NCBI GenBank assembly: GCA_951406725.2
Contig: OX597824.1
Coordinates: 38,192,001 to 38,256,000, forward strand
DNA from: Octopus vulgaris
Taxonomy: Eukaryota
Direction: 5' to 3'
DNA: 64,000 nucleotides
The notes beneath the pieces were generated by a model, which saw only the letters and a program-made list of their open reading frames with translations, did no database searches and was not told the origin of the DNA. Made by a program: the position numbers and the translations under genes. This document shows, one piece after another, positions 13,090 through 25,523 of the stretch (positions are counted from its first letter, which is position 1; each line of letters starts with the position of its first letter).

Positions 13090-13535
13090 AGTAATATTTA
13101 TCCTCCACTGAAACATGGGTGTTCTGTTAGAACATACTATACTGTGGTAGATACCACGAGAGAAACTCTCAATACAACAAGAGTGTATTTTGAACCAAAA
13201 GCCAAATGAGAGTTTCTCTCATGGTATCTACCACAGTATAGTTTGTTTTGTGGAGGCACGTGGCTTAGTGGTTAGGGTGTCAGCACCATGATTGTAAGAT
13301 TGTGGTTTCGATTCCTGGATTGGGCGACGCGTTGTGTTCTTGAGCAAAACACTTTATTTCACGTTACTCCAGTCCACTCAGCTGACAAAAATGAGTAACG
13401 CTGCGATGGATTGGCGTCCCATCCAGCTGGGGAAAACATGCCATAGAAACCGGGAAACCGGGCTTGTGAGCCTGGCTAGGCTTTAAAAGGGCACATTTAT
13501 TTATTTTATAGTTTGTTCTTTTCAGTGGGGATAAA
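13090..13535. mobile_element. Fold-back MITE interrupted by a SINE (about 13248-13506) with 11-bp TSD
   Basis: Hairpin 13131-13247; TSD tatagtttgtt at 13237-13247 and 13507-13517; same TIR family as 21090-21720. Confidence 0.8.
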
Positions 13536-13596
13536 TGAGAAAAATGTAATGTCAGGAGGGAGGGAGAGAAAGAGAGTTTATTTGGAGTCCTACTTA

Positions 13597-13695
<99 letters not shown>

Positions 13696-13992
13696 TTATG
13701 ATGCAAGACCAGCACTGTAATAATGTAATCTGATACTCTATAAGTCAAGAAAAATCGTATACGAACTTAGAATTTTAGTATAGTAAGGTCAAGCAACAAT
13801 TTTTTAATAAGTCAGATAACATATATGTACACACATACATATACAAAAATATCATAAATAGGTAAATTCTAAGCACAACAACAAAAAGTCTGAAACCAGA
13901 ACAACAGCCAAGTTAGTGACCAACTGAGCTAGAGAAAAGACAGAGAGACAGAGACAGACAGACAGAAAGTATCCAGTGAAAATTTATTTTAC

Positions 13993-14115
13993 CTTGAACT
14001 GGCTGGCAGCACTGATACTCTTAGCTCGAGGTTGATTGATACTGTTATGTTGGAGGAGATCATCACTAACTGTGTTGTCAGTGAATATAACAGAAGGTGC
14101 AACATAGGAGTAGCC
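13993..14115 (-). CDS. RPS6KA5: MSK exon 10 (GYSYVAPSVIF...ASQFK)
   Basis: 123 nt, cag/gtaaa; hydrophobic motif (Ser376/Ser381 equivalents). Confidence 0.95.
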
Positions 14116-14221
14116 CTGTAATGGTATCGTAGAAGAGAATGAAAGTTAAGAAAATATCAGACAAAACAAAGCTTTTCAAAAATCATCTTCATGTCTTTAA
14201 TTTACGATTCTGAATAATCCT

Positions 14222-14393
14222 AGGTGTAGGAGTGGCTGTGTGGTAAGTAGCTTCCTTACGAACCACATGGTTCCGGGTTCAGTCCCACTGCGTGGTACCT
14301 TAGGCAAGTGTCTTCTACTATAGCCTTGGGCCAACCAAAGCCTTGTGAGTGGATTTGGTAGAAGGAAACTGAAAGACGCCTAGCGTATATATG

Positions 14394-14464
<71 letters not shown>

Positions 14465-14687
14465 ATGTATGTGTGTGTATAAGTTTGTGTGTCTGTGTTT
14501 GTCCCACTAACATCGCTTGACAAACGATACTGGTGTGTTTACATCCCCGTAACTTAGTGGTTCAGCAGAACAGACTGATAGAATAAGTACTAGGCTTACA
14601 AAGAATAAGTCCTGGAGTCGATTTGCTCGACTAAAGGTGGTGCTCCAGCATGGCCACAGTCAAATGACTGAAACAAGTAAAAGAGTA
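14222..14687 (+). mobile_element. SINE family A, full length
   Basis: Same head, (TA)n/(TATG)n core and tail as the 4896 copy. Confidence 0.88.
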
Positions 14688-15124
14688 ATCCTTTCCATGA
14701 TAGGCAAAAGGCCAGAAATTTGAGGGGAGTGGGGCTAGTCAATTGCATCAGCCCCATTGTTTAACTGGTACTCATTTTATCGACCCCAAAAGGATGAAAA
14801 GCAAAGTCAACCTCAGCAGAATTTGAACTCAGAACATAATGATGGATGAAATGCCACTAAGCATTTTGCCCGGTGTGCTAATGATTCTATCAGTTGTAGT
14901 CAAAAAGATGCCTTAAAATAAAAGAAAAATATTTTAATCCAATGAAATTCCAATGCATGATTTCATTGTAACATGAGGACTGAGTTCAAATTTTTCTTTT
15001 CACTCCCAAATATTTTAGAATTTATACCTTACTTTCATTTCACATAATTTTAGCATTACCAATCAGAGCTGAAATTAACTATTAAAATATCACAGAAATA
15101 TTGAGAAACAAATCCTTTGCTTAC

Positions 15125-15286
15125 TTTGAACATTTTCTCGCCATTTAATGGAACTACAGCTGGTGAGTCAGCAGCTTCCATTTTGGTGAATTCTTCAGAG
15201 AAATTACTAACATCAAGTTCATGTTTTATCTGTGGCAACATTGGTGCTATTATTTCTTTTTTGGCAAGTTTATCCCAATCCAAATT
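15125..15286 (-). CDS. RPS6KA5: MSK exon 9 (NLDWDKLAKK...DVSNFSEEFT...DSPAVVP...MFK)
   Basis: 162 nt, tag/gtaag; AGC C-tail with the Ser360-equivalent SP site. Confidence 0.96.
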
Positions 15287-16199
15287 CTACAATGAGAAGA
15301 TCACAGCTAACTGATTACAAACAGAATTTCTATTTTTTTCTTTAACCAATTTATCTGTCAGAAACAGTCCTGGAGAAATCATTGAAATGGTTAGAGAGGT
15401 GTAAGAAAAGTCTTCAAGCAAATTAAACACAGAGAAGTGAACTACAACTGGTGTTTGTGTTTTTATTAGTAGAATAACTCTTCAAAATCACAATTAATAC
15501 AGAATACAAATACAACTGTCTAATATACATTTGTTCACAAGCTTGTATTAGTCTGTCAGATAGAATGCGCTGAAAATGGCAAATGTATCACAGCACCATC
15601 TGCCATCAACACAAATCAACAAACACCTCCACTCATGCACAACATCATCATCATCATCATCATCGTTTAACGTTTGCTTTCCATGCTAGCATGGGTTGGA
15701 CGATTTGACTGAGGGCTGGCGAACCAGATGGCTGCACCAGGCTCCAATCTTGATCTGGCAGAGTTTCTACAGCTGGATGCCCTTCCTAATGCCAACATCA
15801 GTGATAAAAAAAAATACCTGGATAAGTGCTGTAACTAGGGCACCTGTGTCATCATCAAAGCCATAGACCAATATATGGAGAACTTAAAGGTTAAAGAAAT
15901 AAAACCTCATCAAAAAAATTAGACCCACTATCAAAAGTTGACTGTAGTTGCATAAGGCTCAATAACTGATAATCATGACATTCTGTCCCTCCACAACATA
16001 AAACACAACTTAGACTATCTGTGCATGTCAGAACAAACATACAGTCACAACTGGTTGCAGTAAGTACCATTTCTCGCTCTCTCATTTGGTGCTTGCTGGG
16101 GAAGCTATGAGTAGAAGAATGGCTAGTGAGAGCTGTCTATGTGCAGTGGTGCAGTCAGTAAAGTAAAAGTCAGCAATGAGCAGAGCAATGAATTTAGTG

Positions 16200-17160
16200 T
16201 GCAGGTAGGAGTCAGGCAAAGTTCAGTTCCTAATGCCCTCTTATTATAGTCTTCCCATGTTTTGCACATGGGAGCTCCTCTATGCTAAAGACCTATTTCA
16301 TAAAGTGAAATCTATAGTAGAATTAGAAGCAATTTCAGGTTTGGAAACAAAGCCTGCATTCAAGGGCCTTAGAGTTAACTTAGTAAAGTCCAAAGACCTT
16401 GTAAGCAGGAAAATAAGTTACTAATCCCTTCAGGGAAATGACTCTGCTTGATATATAAAAAAAGGTACCGGTAGAAATTCATCCAGGTGTACTCAGTACA
16501 AGCTGTGGACACATATGAGATACAGTGGAATCACAGGAAGGTTAACACAGGAGTAGTATTTGTGTGTGGCAGATGTGCAAGAATAAACAGTAAGAACATG
16601 CAAGAAATAGATTTCCACAAATGCCCAGGTGAGTTCCTAGATGTAGCAGATACTTTCTGTTAACAAGGTGACCAAATTGGTAGTGGAGGAGGATGCTCTG
16701 AAAGCATAGTTGCTAGAATAAGAACTGACTGGGAAATGTTCAGGGAGCTATTGCCTCTCTCAGAGTGAAAGGCAGATTGTACAATACTTGTGTACAAACA
16801 ACTATGCTAAGGGTTGTGACTGCATAGAGCATGCAAAGGCTGGAAGGAAATAAGGCTAGCAGTGTCAGCGTACATGTACGGCAATGTGTAAATGTACTAG
16901 GAGAAGAGTTAGGAATAAGAGGAATCAGATGCATCATGCAAGAGAGAAAGTCATGCTGGTTTGGACATGTGATGCATATGAATGAAGAGAGTTGTATAAA
17001 GAAGTGTTGATCACTTAAAGAAGTTTGGCAACTGTGGAAGAGGGAGACACAAGAAGACGTGGGGTGAAGTAGTGAGGACCAATCTAAGAATGTTGGACCT
17101 CACAGAGATGACAATGGGCCAACATGTCTGATAATATAAAGTTCTACAGAAGACCCACTT
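16200..17160 (+). mobile_element. Decayed RTE LINE (RT C-terminal region)
   Basis: Fragments KGLRVNLVKSKDLV, KGRLYNTCV, WFGHVM and RGRHKKTW across stops and frameshifts. Confidence 0.72.
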
Positions 17161-17981
17161 CAGTGAAACTCAGTTCTGGAAGTGCTGTTTGTTTCACCCA
17201 TATACACCATTAAATTTTTTCATACACCCTACCCCAATAAACTAAACTACATCTCCCCTTCTCTTCCTCACATTTTCTTTTTTTTTCATGCACTATGTTT
17301 ATCTCTCCCCCCTCACTCCTGCAGCTGAATCTTGTCTCCACTGTTCTGCCCACTGTATCATTGCTATCCTGGAATATGACACAATAGTCTTCTTAAATAA
17401 CACAAATTCAAGGAAACAGTCTCATACTACCATACTCCTCTAGATGTCAGCACATAAAATCATTACAAAACTGGACATCACAACATCTAATGGTGGTTGG
17501 TAAACTTACATCTATAACTTTCTCCCACTACATCCCAAATACTAAGACCCCCTCTTCAGAATCAAAAAATATTTCAGCTCTGATCCTCTTCAAGGCTCAC
17601 ATAAAATGTACTTTAGAGAACTGCGCATACATATGAAACTTCACATCTACAGAACATTGTTGCTGCTTATACATGCAAACATCCTATACTGCATCTAAAA
17701 AGGCCACTTAGTTTATTAACAGATTCATGTACTGACATCTGACTCATATCTGCATCATTTCTTCTTTCTGCCTCATTTGTGCATAGCTAGATTTCTACCT
17801 TACCCACTCAGCCCCAGCTAACACATCTGTTTCTCCTACTCTCGTTATTCCTAACTACAACAAAAGTATTATGCTCCTCTCAAAGTACCTAAGATGCCTA
17901 CCTTCTCCACCAAGTCCCTAATGACATGTTCTTTTCCCCTCCCCTCATCCCATTTATTGTTTGTCATACTTCCCAGATACT

Positions 17982-18195
17982 GAACTGAACTCTCTCCCCA
18001 AACCTTCATCCCCCGGAATGACAACTCTCCAGAAATCCCTCATTTATACATGTTCCATACAAACATGATATAAAGTATATCATGTTTGTAAGAACAGGGT
18101 ACATTATATTTTATAATAACAGAACATCTATATATGAAGAATTTCCAGAGAGTTGTTATTTTAGACATAGAAGGATTTGGGAGATGATCAGGTTA
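17982..18195. repeat. Nested fold-back with a perfect 15-bp internal hairpin
   Basis: tacaaacatgatata-aag-tatatcatgtttgta (18058-18090) inside imperfect outer arms aatgacaactctcc.../...gagagttgttatt. Confidence 0.8.
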
Positions 18196-18438
18196 CAGAT
18201 GTTCATACAAAACAATAACTACATCAACTTCACCTCTGACTAATAATAAAAAAAAAAAAATGTAAGGTTGGTGATTAGTCATATTAGAAAAAGAACTATG
18301 TCACACATTTGAATAAAGGTAAAGAAGCAAAGCAAAGGACTGACATACTTTAAATCATTGCAGCTGCTAAGATAAAGTGACACAAATATTTGAAATAGAA
18401 ACTGCATTATAATAATAATATGGTATTTCCCTACTCAC

Positions 18439-18583
18439 ATTAAAAAATGGATGCTGTCTTATTTCTTCAGCTCCATTGTAACCAAGTCGTTTAGTAGGAT
18501 CTTTGTGTAGTAAAGAAATAATGTAAGATTTTGTTGCAGGAGAAAAATGTTGAGGAATCGGTGGATGCTTTTCAAGAATTCGC
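18439..18583 (-). CDS. RPS6KA5: MSK exon 8 (RILEKHPP...KDPTKRLG...HPFFN)
   Basis: 145 nt, tag/gtgagt. Confidence 0.96.
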
Positions 18584-18842
18584 CTATAAACAAAAGAGAG
18601 AGAGAAAAATCAATGAAGGAGATGAAATTTTAAACAAACTGTGTAAAATTTCAAAATGAAATCAACCATTTTGTTTTATGCAATTTTACATAAACACCTA
18701 AGAATTAAATGATAGAACTTATTCCAATATGCAGGATTAAAAATCTTAATTTAGAGCAAATTAATTCAAGTTTATACAATGAAGAAAATCAAACCATTAT
18801 TTGTTTTTAATGTGAAAAGAATAACTAATGAATAAATCTTAC

Positions 18843-18946
18843 TTTGAGATTTCTTTTGATGAGTTCCGTTCTCCATCAACAGTAAAAGGTGATGCCCCAG
18901 TTAAAAGTTCATATGTAAGGACTCCAAGTGCCCACCAGTCAACAGA
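18843..18946 (-). CDS. RPS6KA5: MSK exon 7 ([34 protein letters not shown])
   Basis: 104 nt, tag/gtaag, ends in phase 2. Confidence 0.97.
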
Positions 18947-19197
18947 CTAATAGAGAGAAACATAACAAATTTGAGAAGAAACATTTCATATTAGTCTTAT
19001 TATATTTGAACAACAAGCTACATTTTTCTCAAAACACTATTTGAAAATAAGCAATGAAGTGTAAAATGAACCAAAGCTAGTTTAACTGAAGTAAGTTAGC
19101 GTTAGCTTATTTAAAACCAGAAGCATTGAAAAGTTAAATAGAAATAAATATGCAGTGAAAAAACTATATTAGCCAATGATTAATATTACAATATTTT

Positions 19198-19554
19198 TGT
19201 ATTTAGGAATGGTCATGTTGCCAGTTTAGCCAATAAAAACACACGCACTATATATTTAGTGTTACTTTGCTTCAGCGTTATTTATTTTTTACATTAATCT
19301 TAATCTTATTTCAGCCAGAGTTCTTTCGTCACACTCCTGTGACCGCATCAGTGGTCCTTTGCTTTGTTTTTTCTTATTTGTGTGTCTCTCCTTACTAACC
19401 GTCAGCCACTTTGTATTTCTATTGTATGTGTCTTCATTTCCACATGTGTATATCTCTATGTAAAAAATAAATAACGCTGAAGCAAAGTAACACCAAATAT
19501 ATAGTGCGTGTGTTTTTATTGGCTAAACTGGCAAAATAACCATTCCTAAATACA
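19198..19554. mobile_element. Inverted-repeat element (97-bp arms), probably Penelope-like pseudo-LTR derived
   Basis: Arms 19198-19294 and 19458-19554 differ at about 3 positions; the spacer holds a hammerhead-like motif. Confidence 0.75.
19315..19354 (-). ncRNA. Putative minimal type I hammerhead ribozyme (variant core)
   Basis: CCA-CUGAUGC-G-GUCACA-GGAG-UGUGAC-GAAA-G-AA-C-UC-UGG: stems I, II and III are all present; A9 is replaced by C. Confidence 0.55.
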
Positions 19555-20197
19555 CCACTATCTGTTTCAACACATGATTTCACATCAAAAATCTTGCAAA
19601 ACAAACATATAAATGTAATTACATTATTTTCTCTGACAAGTATGGGAGACATCTCCAGACAAGTTTTAGTTTTATTTTAACTTCATTACTGAAGCAAAAC
19701 CTTCAATGTATTTACCAAAATAGTGATAAATGAATCATTAAGCAAATGTACAACAGTGTACATTGGTTTGTATTGAAAAGAAATTTTTTTAGAAATTAAA
19801 TCATCAAAGTCACCAATGGTTAAGTAGGTGAATACACAAGTATTCAGGAATAGATGACCATGAAAACTTTTCAATGCCATCTGATTCTTGTTGCAGATCT
19901 GTTAAGGAACTATAGGGAAAAAGGTTCTAAACATGAAAGGGTGAATTCATACGAAAAGACTTTAAATGTTAATATGATGAGGGAAAACATATTAGTAGGT
20001 AGGAGTAACAAAAAAAAAAAGTGATTTGTATGAGATGAGTGAAAACCTATCATGTGTGTGTGTGTGTTTATTGATGTAAATAGATGTCAAGTTGCATTCA
20101 TTTATGTTAACAGTTACTTAAGTATTGGTGAGGTTGATATGATCAATTAAAAGCCCTTAAAGTCAGTGACCTTACATGGCTACAACTCAATGATTAA

Positions 20198-20417
20198 CCC
20201 TTTAGTGTTTAAACTGGCCATATCCAGCCCAAATATTCTACATGTTTTATATTCAAACTGGAAATATCTAGCCTTTCACACCTAACCTACATTGACATTC
20301 TAAAAATAAACAATCACATCATTGAAACTTCAAAGCTGTAAGCTAATGCATGATTAATTCAAAACAATTTAAGTAAAAAAGTATTACATTTAACAGAATA
20401 ATCTGAACACTAAAGGG
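20198..20417 (+). mobile_element. piggyBac-type MITE
   Basis: TTAA|CCCTTTAG...CTAAAGGG|CTAA termini, 220 bp. Confidence 0.82.
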
Positions 20418-20606
20418 CTAAAAAAGGTCAAAAGGTACTGACAACAAAGTACATGGTGGTAAAGAGTTGGAGAAAAAAGAGGGGACATGGAAGAGTGGTA
20501 CCTGGATGTAGCAACATGACACAAAATTTGACATTATGACATAAAAATTTGCTAATCACTAAATCCAGGTAAAAAATGCTAACAGTATAGTTACATATGA
20601 ACTTAC

Positions 20607-20690
20607 AAAATCATGTCCAGCTGAACTTCCTCTTACAACTTCAGGTGCCATATATTCCATGGTGCCACAGTATGAATAGGCACGATGAGT
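20607..20690 (-). CDS. RPS6KA5: MSK exon 6 (THRAYSYCGTMEYMAPEVVRGSSAGHDF)
   Basis: 84 nt, tag/gtaagt; activation loop (Ser212-equivalent) and APE. Confidence 0.97.
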
Positions 20691-21089
20691 CTATAATGAA
20701 ACAACAATTAGATTAACGTTTAATTATTGGAGCATAAATATTTCTTTAGCAAGTTTAAGTTAGCTGAAAGGAATAGTATAGTTAATTTTGATGCTATGCT
20801 GTGTGATTTGAGTTGGGGAATGAACCAATTCTCATTTGGTCTACTAACTCAAATTTAAAAACCAACTAAGATGCTCTATTAGCTGGAAACTGGCAACTTT
20901 TCACATGGTTTACACTATTGAAACAAAAACTTTGCTCAGCTGTTTCAATTTCCATCAATCTATTTGAGAGGATGAGAGCATCCCGATGATTCAGAATGAT
21001 TAAAAACCAAATTAAAAGTCCTTCCAACTACTGAAAACATTTAAGTAGAAGGTTTAACTGATTCTGTTGAAATACGTTTCTTTCAATTA

Positions 21090-21720
21090 GAGGTAATATT
21101 TATCCCCACTCAAACGTGGATGTTCTGTCAGAACTAACTATGCAGCAGTAGTTACCATGAGAGAAACTCTCATATTGGTTTATCTCCCTCTTTTACGTGT
21201 TTCAGTCATTTGACAGCGGCCATGCTGGAGCACCGCCTTTAGTCGAGCAAATCAACCCCAGGACTTATTCTTTGGAAACCTAGTACTTATTCTATCGGTC
21301 TCTTTTGCCGAACTGCTAAGTTATGGGGATGTAAACACACCACCGTCGGTTGTAAAGCGATGTTGGTGGGGACAAACACAGACACACAAACATATTCACA
21401 CACATACATATATATACATATATACGACAGGCTTCTTTCAGTTTCTGTCTATCAAATCCACTCACAAGTCTTTAGTCGGTCCGAGGTTATAGTAGAAAAC
21501 ACTTGCCCAAGGTGCCACGCAGTGGGAATGAACCCAGAACCATGTGGTTGGCAAGCAAGCCATTACCACACAGCCACTCCTGCGCCACTCCCTGATAGCA
21601 ATATAAACAAAAGTGCATTTTGTACTGAAAGCCGATATGAGAATTTCTCTCATGGTCTTTACTGTGGCATAGTTTGTTTTAACAGAACATCCATGTTTAA
21701 GTGGAGATAAGTATTACCTT
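21090..21720. mobile_element. Fold-back MITE (about 85-bp TIRs) with nested minus-strand SINE A (about 21210-21585)
   Basis: aggtaatatttatccccactcaaacgtggatgttctg... versus ...cagaacatccatgtttaagtggagataagtattacct. Confidence 0.8.
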
Positions 21721-21844
21721 CCGGCATTAATACTATCTTTGTTGCTAATATATATTCTTCCAATTAGTTTTGAACATAATGAATTAGTAAAATAACTGTC
21801 AATATGAAACTGGGGTTTAGAACATAAATCAACAGAATATTTAT

Positions 21845-22306
21845 TTCCCTGGGCATGGATACATTGAAACTCCGACGTCTGGCAGCTGACTTGGCAGACA
21901 CCCATAAAATTATTAACCATCTTACTAACAATAACTCTGAGCACCTTTTCAAACTCCACCTGTCTAACACCCATGGACATATTTACAAAGTCAGAAAATA
22001 GCACAGCTCCCATGACTTTCGGAAACATTTTTTCAGGCTAAGAGTTGCTGAAGCATGGAACAAACTGCCGGCATCAGTTGTTAGTTGTCGGAGCACTGCA
22101 TCCTTCAAAACTTCCATGCTTCCTGAGATTCGCCAACACTACACCTGATTTTCTCCCCTCCATACACACAAGCATGTATCTGACTCATACACTGTTCACT
22201 TCCCAGACATTTATACATTACTGCATATGCTTTATATGCACTTTTGACAAGTTGTGGTGCACCTGAGCACTGTATACAATAATTTCATTATTATTATTAT
22301 TATTAT
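21845..22306 (+). mobile_element. CR1/L2-clade LINE 3' end (same family as 8282)
   Basis: Near-identical to 8513-8962, with an (ATT)n tail. Confidence 0.88.
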
Positions 22307-23279
22307 TTTGATGGCAAATTATAATTTAGATCACATTAAGATAGGAGGTTTGTATTATAGGACCAGGACAGTCTCAGGCAGGTTCAAATGAAGAGCTAAA
22401 AATGTTTAGAAGCATTTGCAAATGCTACACTTGTCTCAAAACCCAAATAGATCCCAGGTTTAAATGATATTTTAAATAGTTAGAACTTGTCATACAATAT
22501 TAAAATTTTGGATAAACAAGAATACAGTTGCTGTTATGAAAAATTCAATTTTTATATTTCTGGAACAAAAGTAGCAGTCTCTCATTTTATGCAGTTAATT
22601 TCATAAAAGTATAGGGAAATATCCTATTTAATTTCTGTGGCTTGAAGCAAACAAAGCTTTTGGTAGATCTGAAATTAAAATACATCCATGTATTCTGAAA
22701 GCTTATGTATTATCCACCATAGAACCTTTGTACATATTACCAGCTGGATGATCCAAGTTAATCTTTGTTAAGGACTCCAAACTCCAGCTACATATTTATA
22801 AAAAGAAACACTGTCTTTTGTAATTTCTCTCAAACTCAATTTACTCTCCAACTAAAAGCAAATTTCTAAAAACAAGCATCAAAAACTTCATTCCTTGTAA
22901 TTTCAAAAAATTACTATTAAAAATATATTATAATTCCATATCTTAATGACTATAAAAGCAAAGAGATGGCAGCAACTGTAGTTCAACAGCATAAAACAAC
23001 ACCATAAACACGTTATTCATTTTCATATTTACACCTTTTGATTGCAGTTTTCAAAAGGATCAAACTCTTGTTTCATTCTAACAGAAGTTTGAGAAATTAA
23101 ATCAAATAACATGGCAGAGTTGGTTCAACAAACAATATCACACCAACATGTAGACTCTAGTCTTGTGCTTCATAAAAGATTTCAACATGCTAAAAGTACA
23201 AAGTTATTTTAGTCCAAGAAAAAAATCTTTTAATATTTATTGTATATATCAACAAGGACCAACTACTAAAGTATTTTTA

Positions 23280-23426
<147 letters not shown>

Positions 23427-23819
23427 CTAAAATCATAAAAGAAAAAGTTTTTAATAGTCTCTTTCAGTACTTCTTCCTACAAACTTCTACTGACTGTTTT
23501 CTTTTATTAACAGTAAATGTCAGGAGATATAATTTGTTTATGATGAGGGTTAATTTCACAATAGCTTTATTTAAATAGCTACAGATTAGATGATGGAAAC
23601 AAACTGTGACAGAAAGTGAAATCCAGAATGATACACTGAAGAGGAGGAATGATGAGACTAAATGTTTAGTAAAGGTCCCAATAAATGAAATACAAAAAGG
23701 AAGTGATAGCAGAAAGCAAGACAAAAAAGATGCAAGGATCGTATGGGGCAACGCAGAGTGAAGTAACAAAATTTAATTTTATTAAAGAATTTCCATTTCA
23801 GTAATTAAATTAGTCACTA

Positions 23820-24030
23820 ATGGTTTCAGATTTTAGCACAAGGTCAGCAAATTTGGAGAAGAGGCTGGTGAATTATATCAACCCCAGTGATCAACTGGTA
23901 CTTATCTTATCAAGCCCAAAAGGATGACAAGCAAGGTCAACCATAGTGGAATTTGAACTCAGAACGTATAGAAGGATGAAATACTTCTAAGCATTTTGTC
24001 TGGCATGCTAACAATTCTGCCAGCTTGCTG
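23820..24030 (-). mobile_element. SINE family B (degenerate)
   Basis: Reverse complement of the family B head and core. Confidence 0.7.
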
Positions 24031-24947
24031 CTTCAAATAGTCGCTAAATATTGGTTTCAAATTTTGGTACAAGACAAGCAATGTCATCGACCCCAGTATT
24101 CAACTGGTACTTACTTTCTCAGCCCCCAAAAGGATGAAAGGCAAAGTTGACAGGAGATGTAGTGATTTGCTGTACTTGATATGCTGTGTCAACCTAAGTA
24201 AAATCGCTGTCTTCTTCCACACATACAGGTATGTTCTTTCAGGTGCTGGTGCCACTTAAAAAACACCTGTGCTGGTTTCGTGTTAACACACCCATGCTAG
24301 TGCTGCTTAGATGCACTTGTGCTGGTGGCATGTAACAAGCACCCAGCACACTTTGTTATGTGTTTGGTGTTAGGAAGGGCATCTAGCTGTAGAAGCCATG
24401 CCACAACAGACAGTTGAAGTCTGGACAACTCTCTGCTAGTCAGTTCCATGTCAAGCTGTCCAACTCAAGCCATCACAGAAAGCAGATGATAAATGATGAT
24501 GATGATAAATGTAAAGACAGACAAAATGCCGCTAAGCATTTTGCCCAGTGTTCTAATTATTCTCACAGCTCACTTAATTAGTCACTAAATATTAAAAATG
24601 GAAATTATTTCAGTGATTTATCTTTAAATTATACAACAAAATCTATCATTGAATCTTTATACATTTTTAAAAAATTTCCTTTCTATTTTTATACTTAATA
24701 ATTTTTTTTATTGTATGTGCAAATTTGAATATTTCATTTGGTATAAGGAGCAACTTTACCAGACTAGATATCCTTTCTAAGATAAGCAATTCCATTGGCA
24801 AATTAGCAAAACCAATAAGAACTCAATAGTATAATGAACAATAATTAGATTGTAATTTAAAACATTTCAAATGTAAATTCGTTTAAAATAAACACCTACA
24901 AGAATTCTTCTTTGTTTCAATAAACAAAAAATGATGGTGGTTTTTAC

Positions 24948-25063
24948 CTTGTGTAAAGTCTCCAATGCTAAAACAATTTCTCCAATGTAGATTTGGACTT
25001 CAGATTCAGAAAAATGTTCTCGATTGAACAAATGTGTGAACATTTCACCCCCATTCACATAAT
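24948..25063 (-). CDS. RPS6KA5: MSK exon 4 (DYVNGGEMF...ALETLHK)
   Basis: 116 nt, cag/gtaaa; inside ORF 24867..25118. Confidence 0.97.
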
Positions 25064-25266
25064 CTGAAATACAAGTTCCAAAACAAACATGTAAACAACA
25101 TAAGTAGGACAGACACATCCAATATCTAACTCTAATAGAACAAATTTTCAGTCAGATGTTTAAAGGTGTAACATCTGTATATTTGACTATACTGTTACTA
25201 TTAAAATTATGAAAAAGAATAAAGTACTAACACACACACAAAAGTTGTTAAGTTCTGTTTATTTAA

Positions 25267-25485
25267 CCCATTAGCATTTAAACTGGTCACATCCAGTCAA
25301 AATATTCTACCAGTTTTATGCCCCAACTAGTCACATCTTGCCTCTCATACCAACCCTGCAATATCATTCTAAAAGCTAAGTTACCTCATCGAAATCTCAA
25401 AGCTTTCAGCTAATGCATGATTAGTTCAAAACAATGTGAATAAATAAGCATTACATTTGACAAAATAATGTGAAATTCTAAAAAG
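25267..25485 (+). mobile_element. piggyBac-type MITE
   Basis: TTAA|CCCATTAG...AAAAG|TTAA; homologous to the 20198 copy. Confidence 0.8.
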
Positions 25486-25523
25486 TTAAAGATCTGAAGG
25501 AATTATAGGAGCATGTGTTTATT

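Noticed and set aside
12723-13094. 123-aa plus-strand ORF
   Set aside because: No motif or splice context recognised; antisense intronic and consistent with chance.
13251-13330. tRNA gene candidates at SINE heads (also 60620, 56236, 57268)
   Set aside because: A/B boxes are present but no full cloverleaf, and each continues into repeat bodies.
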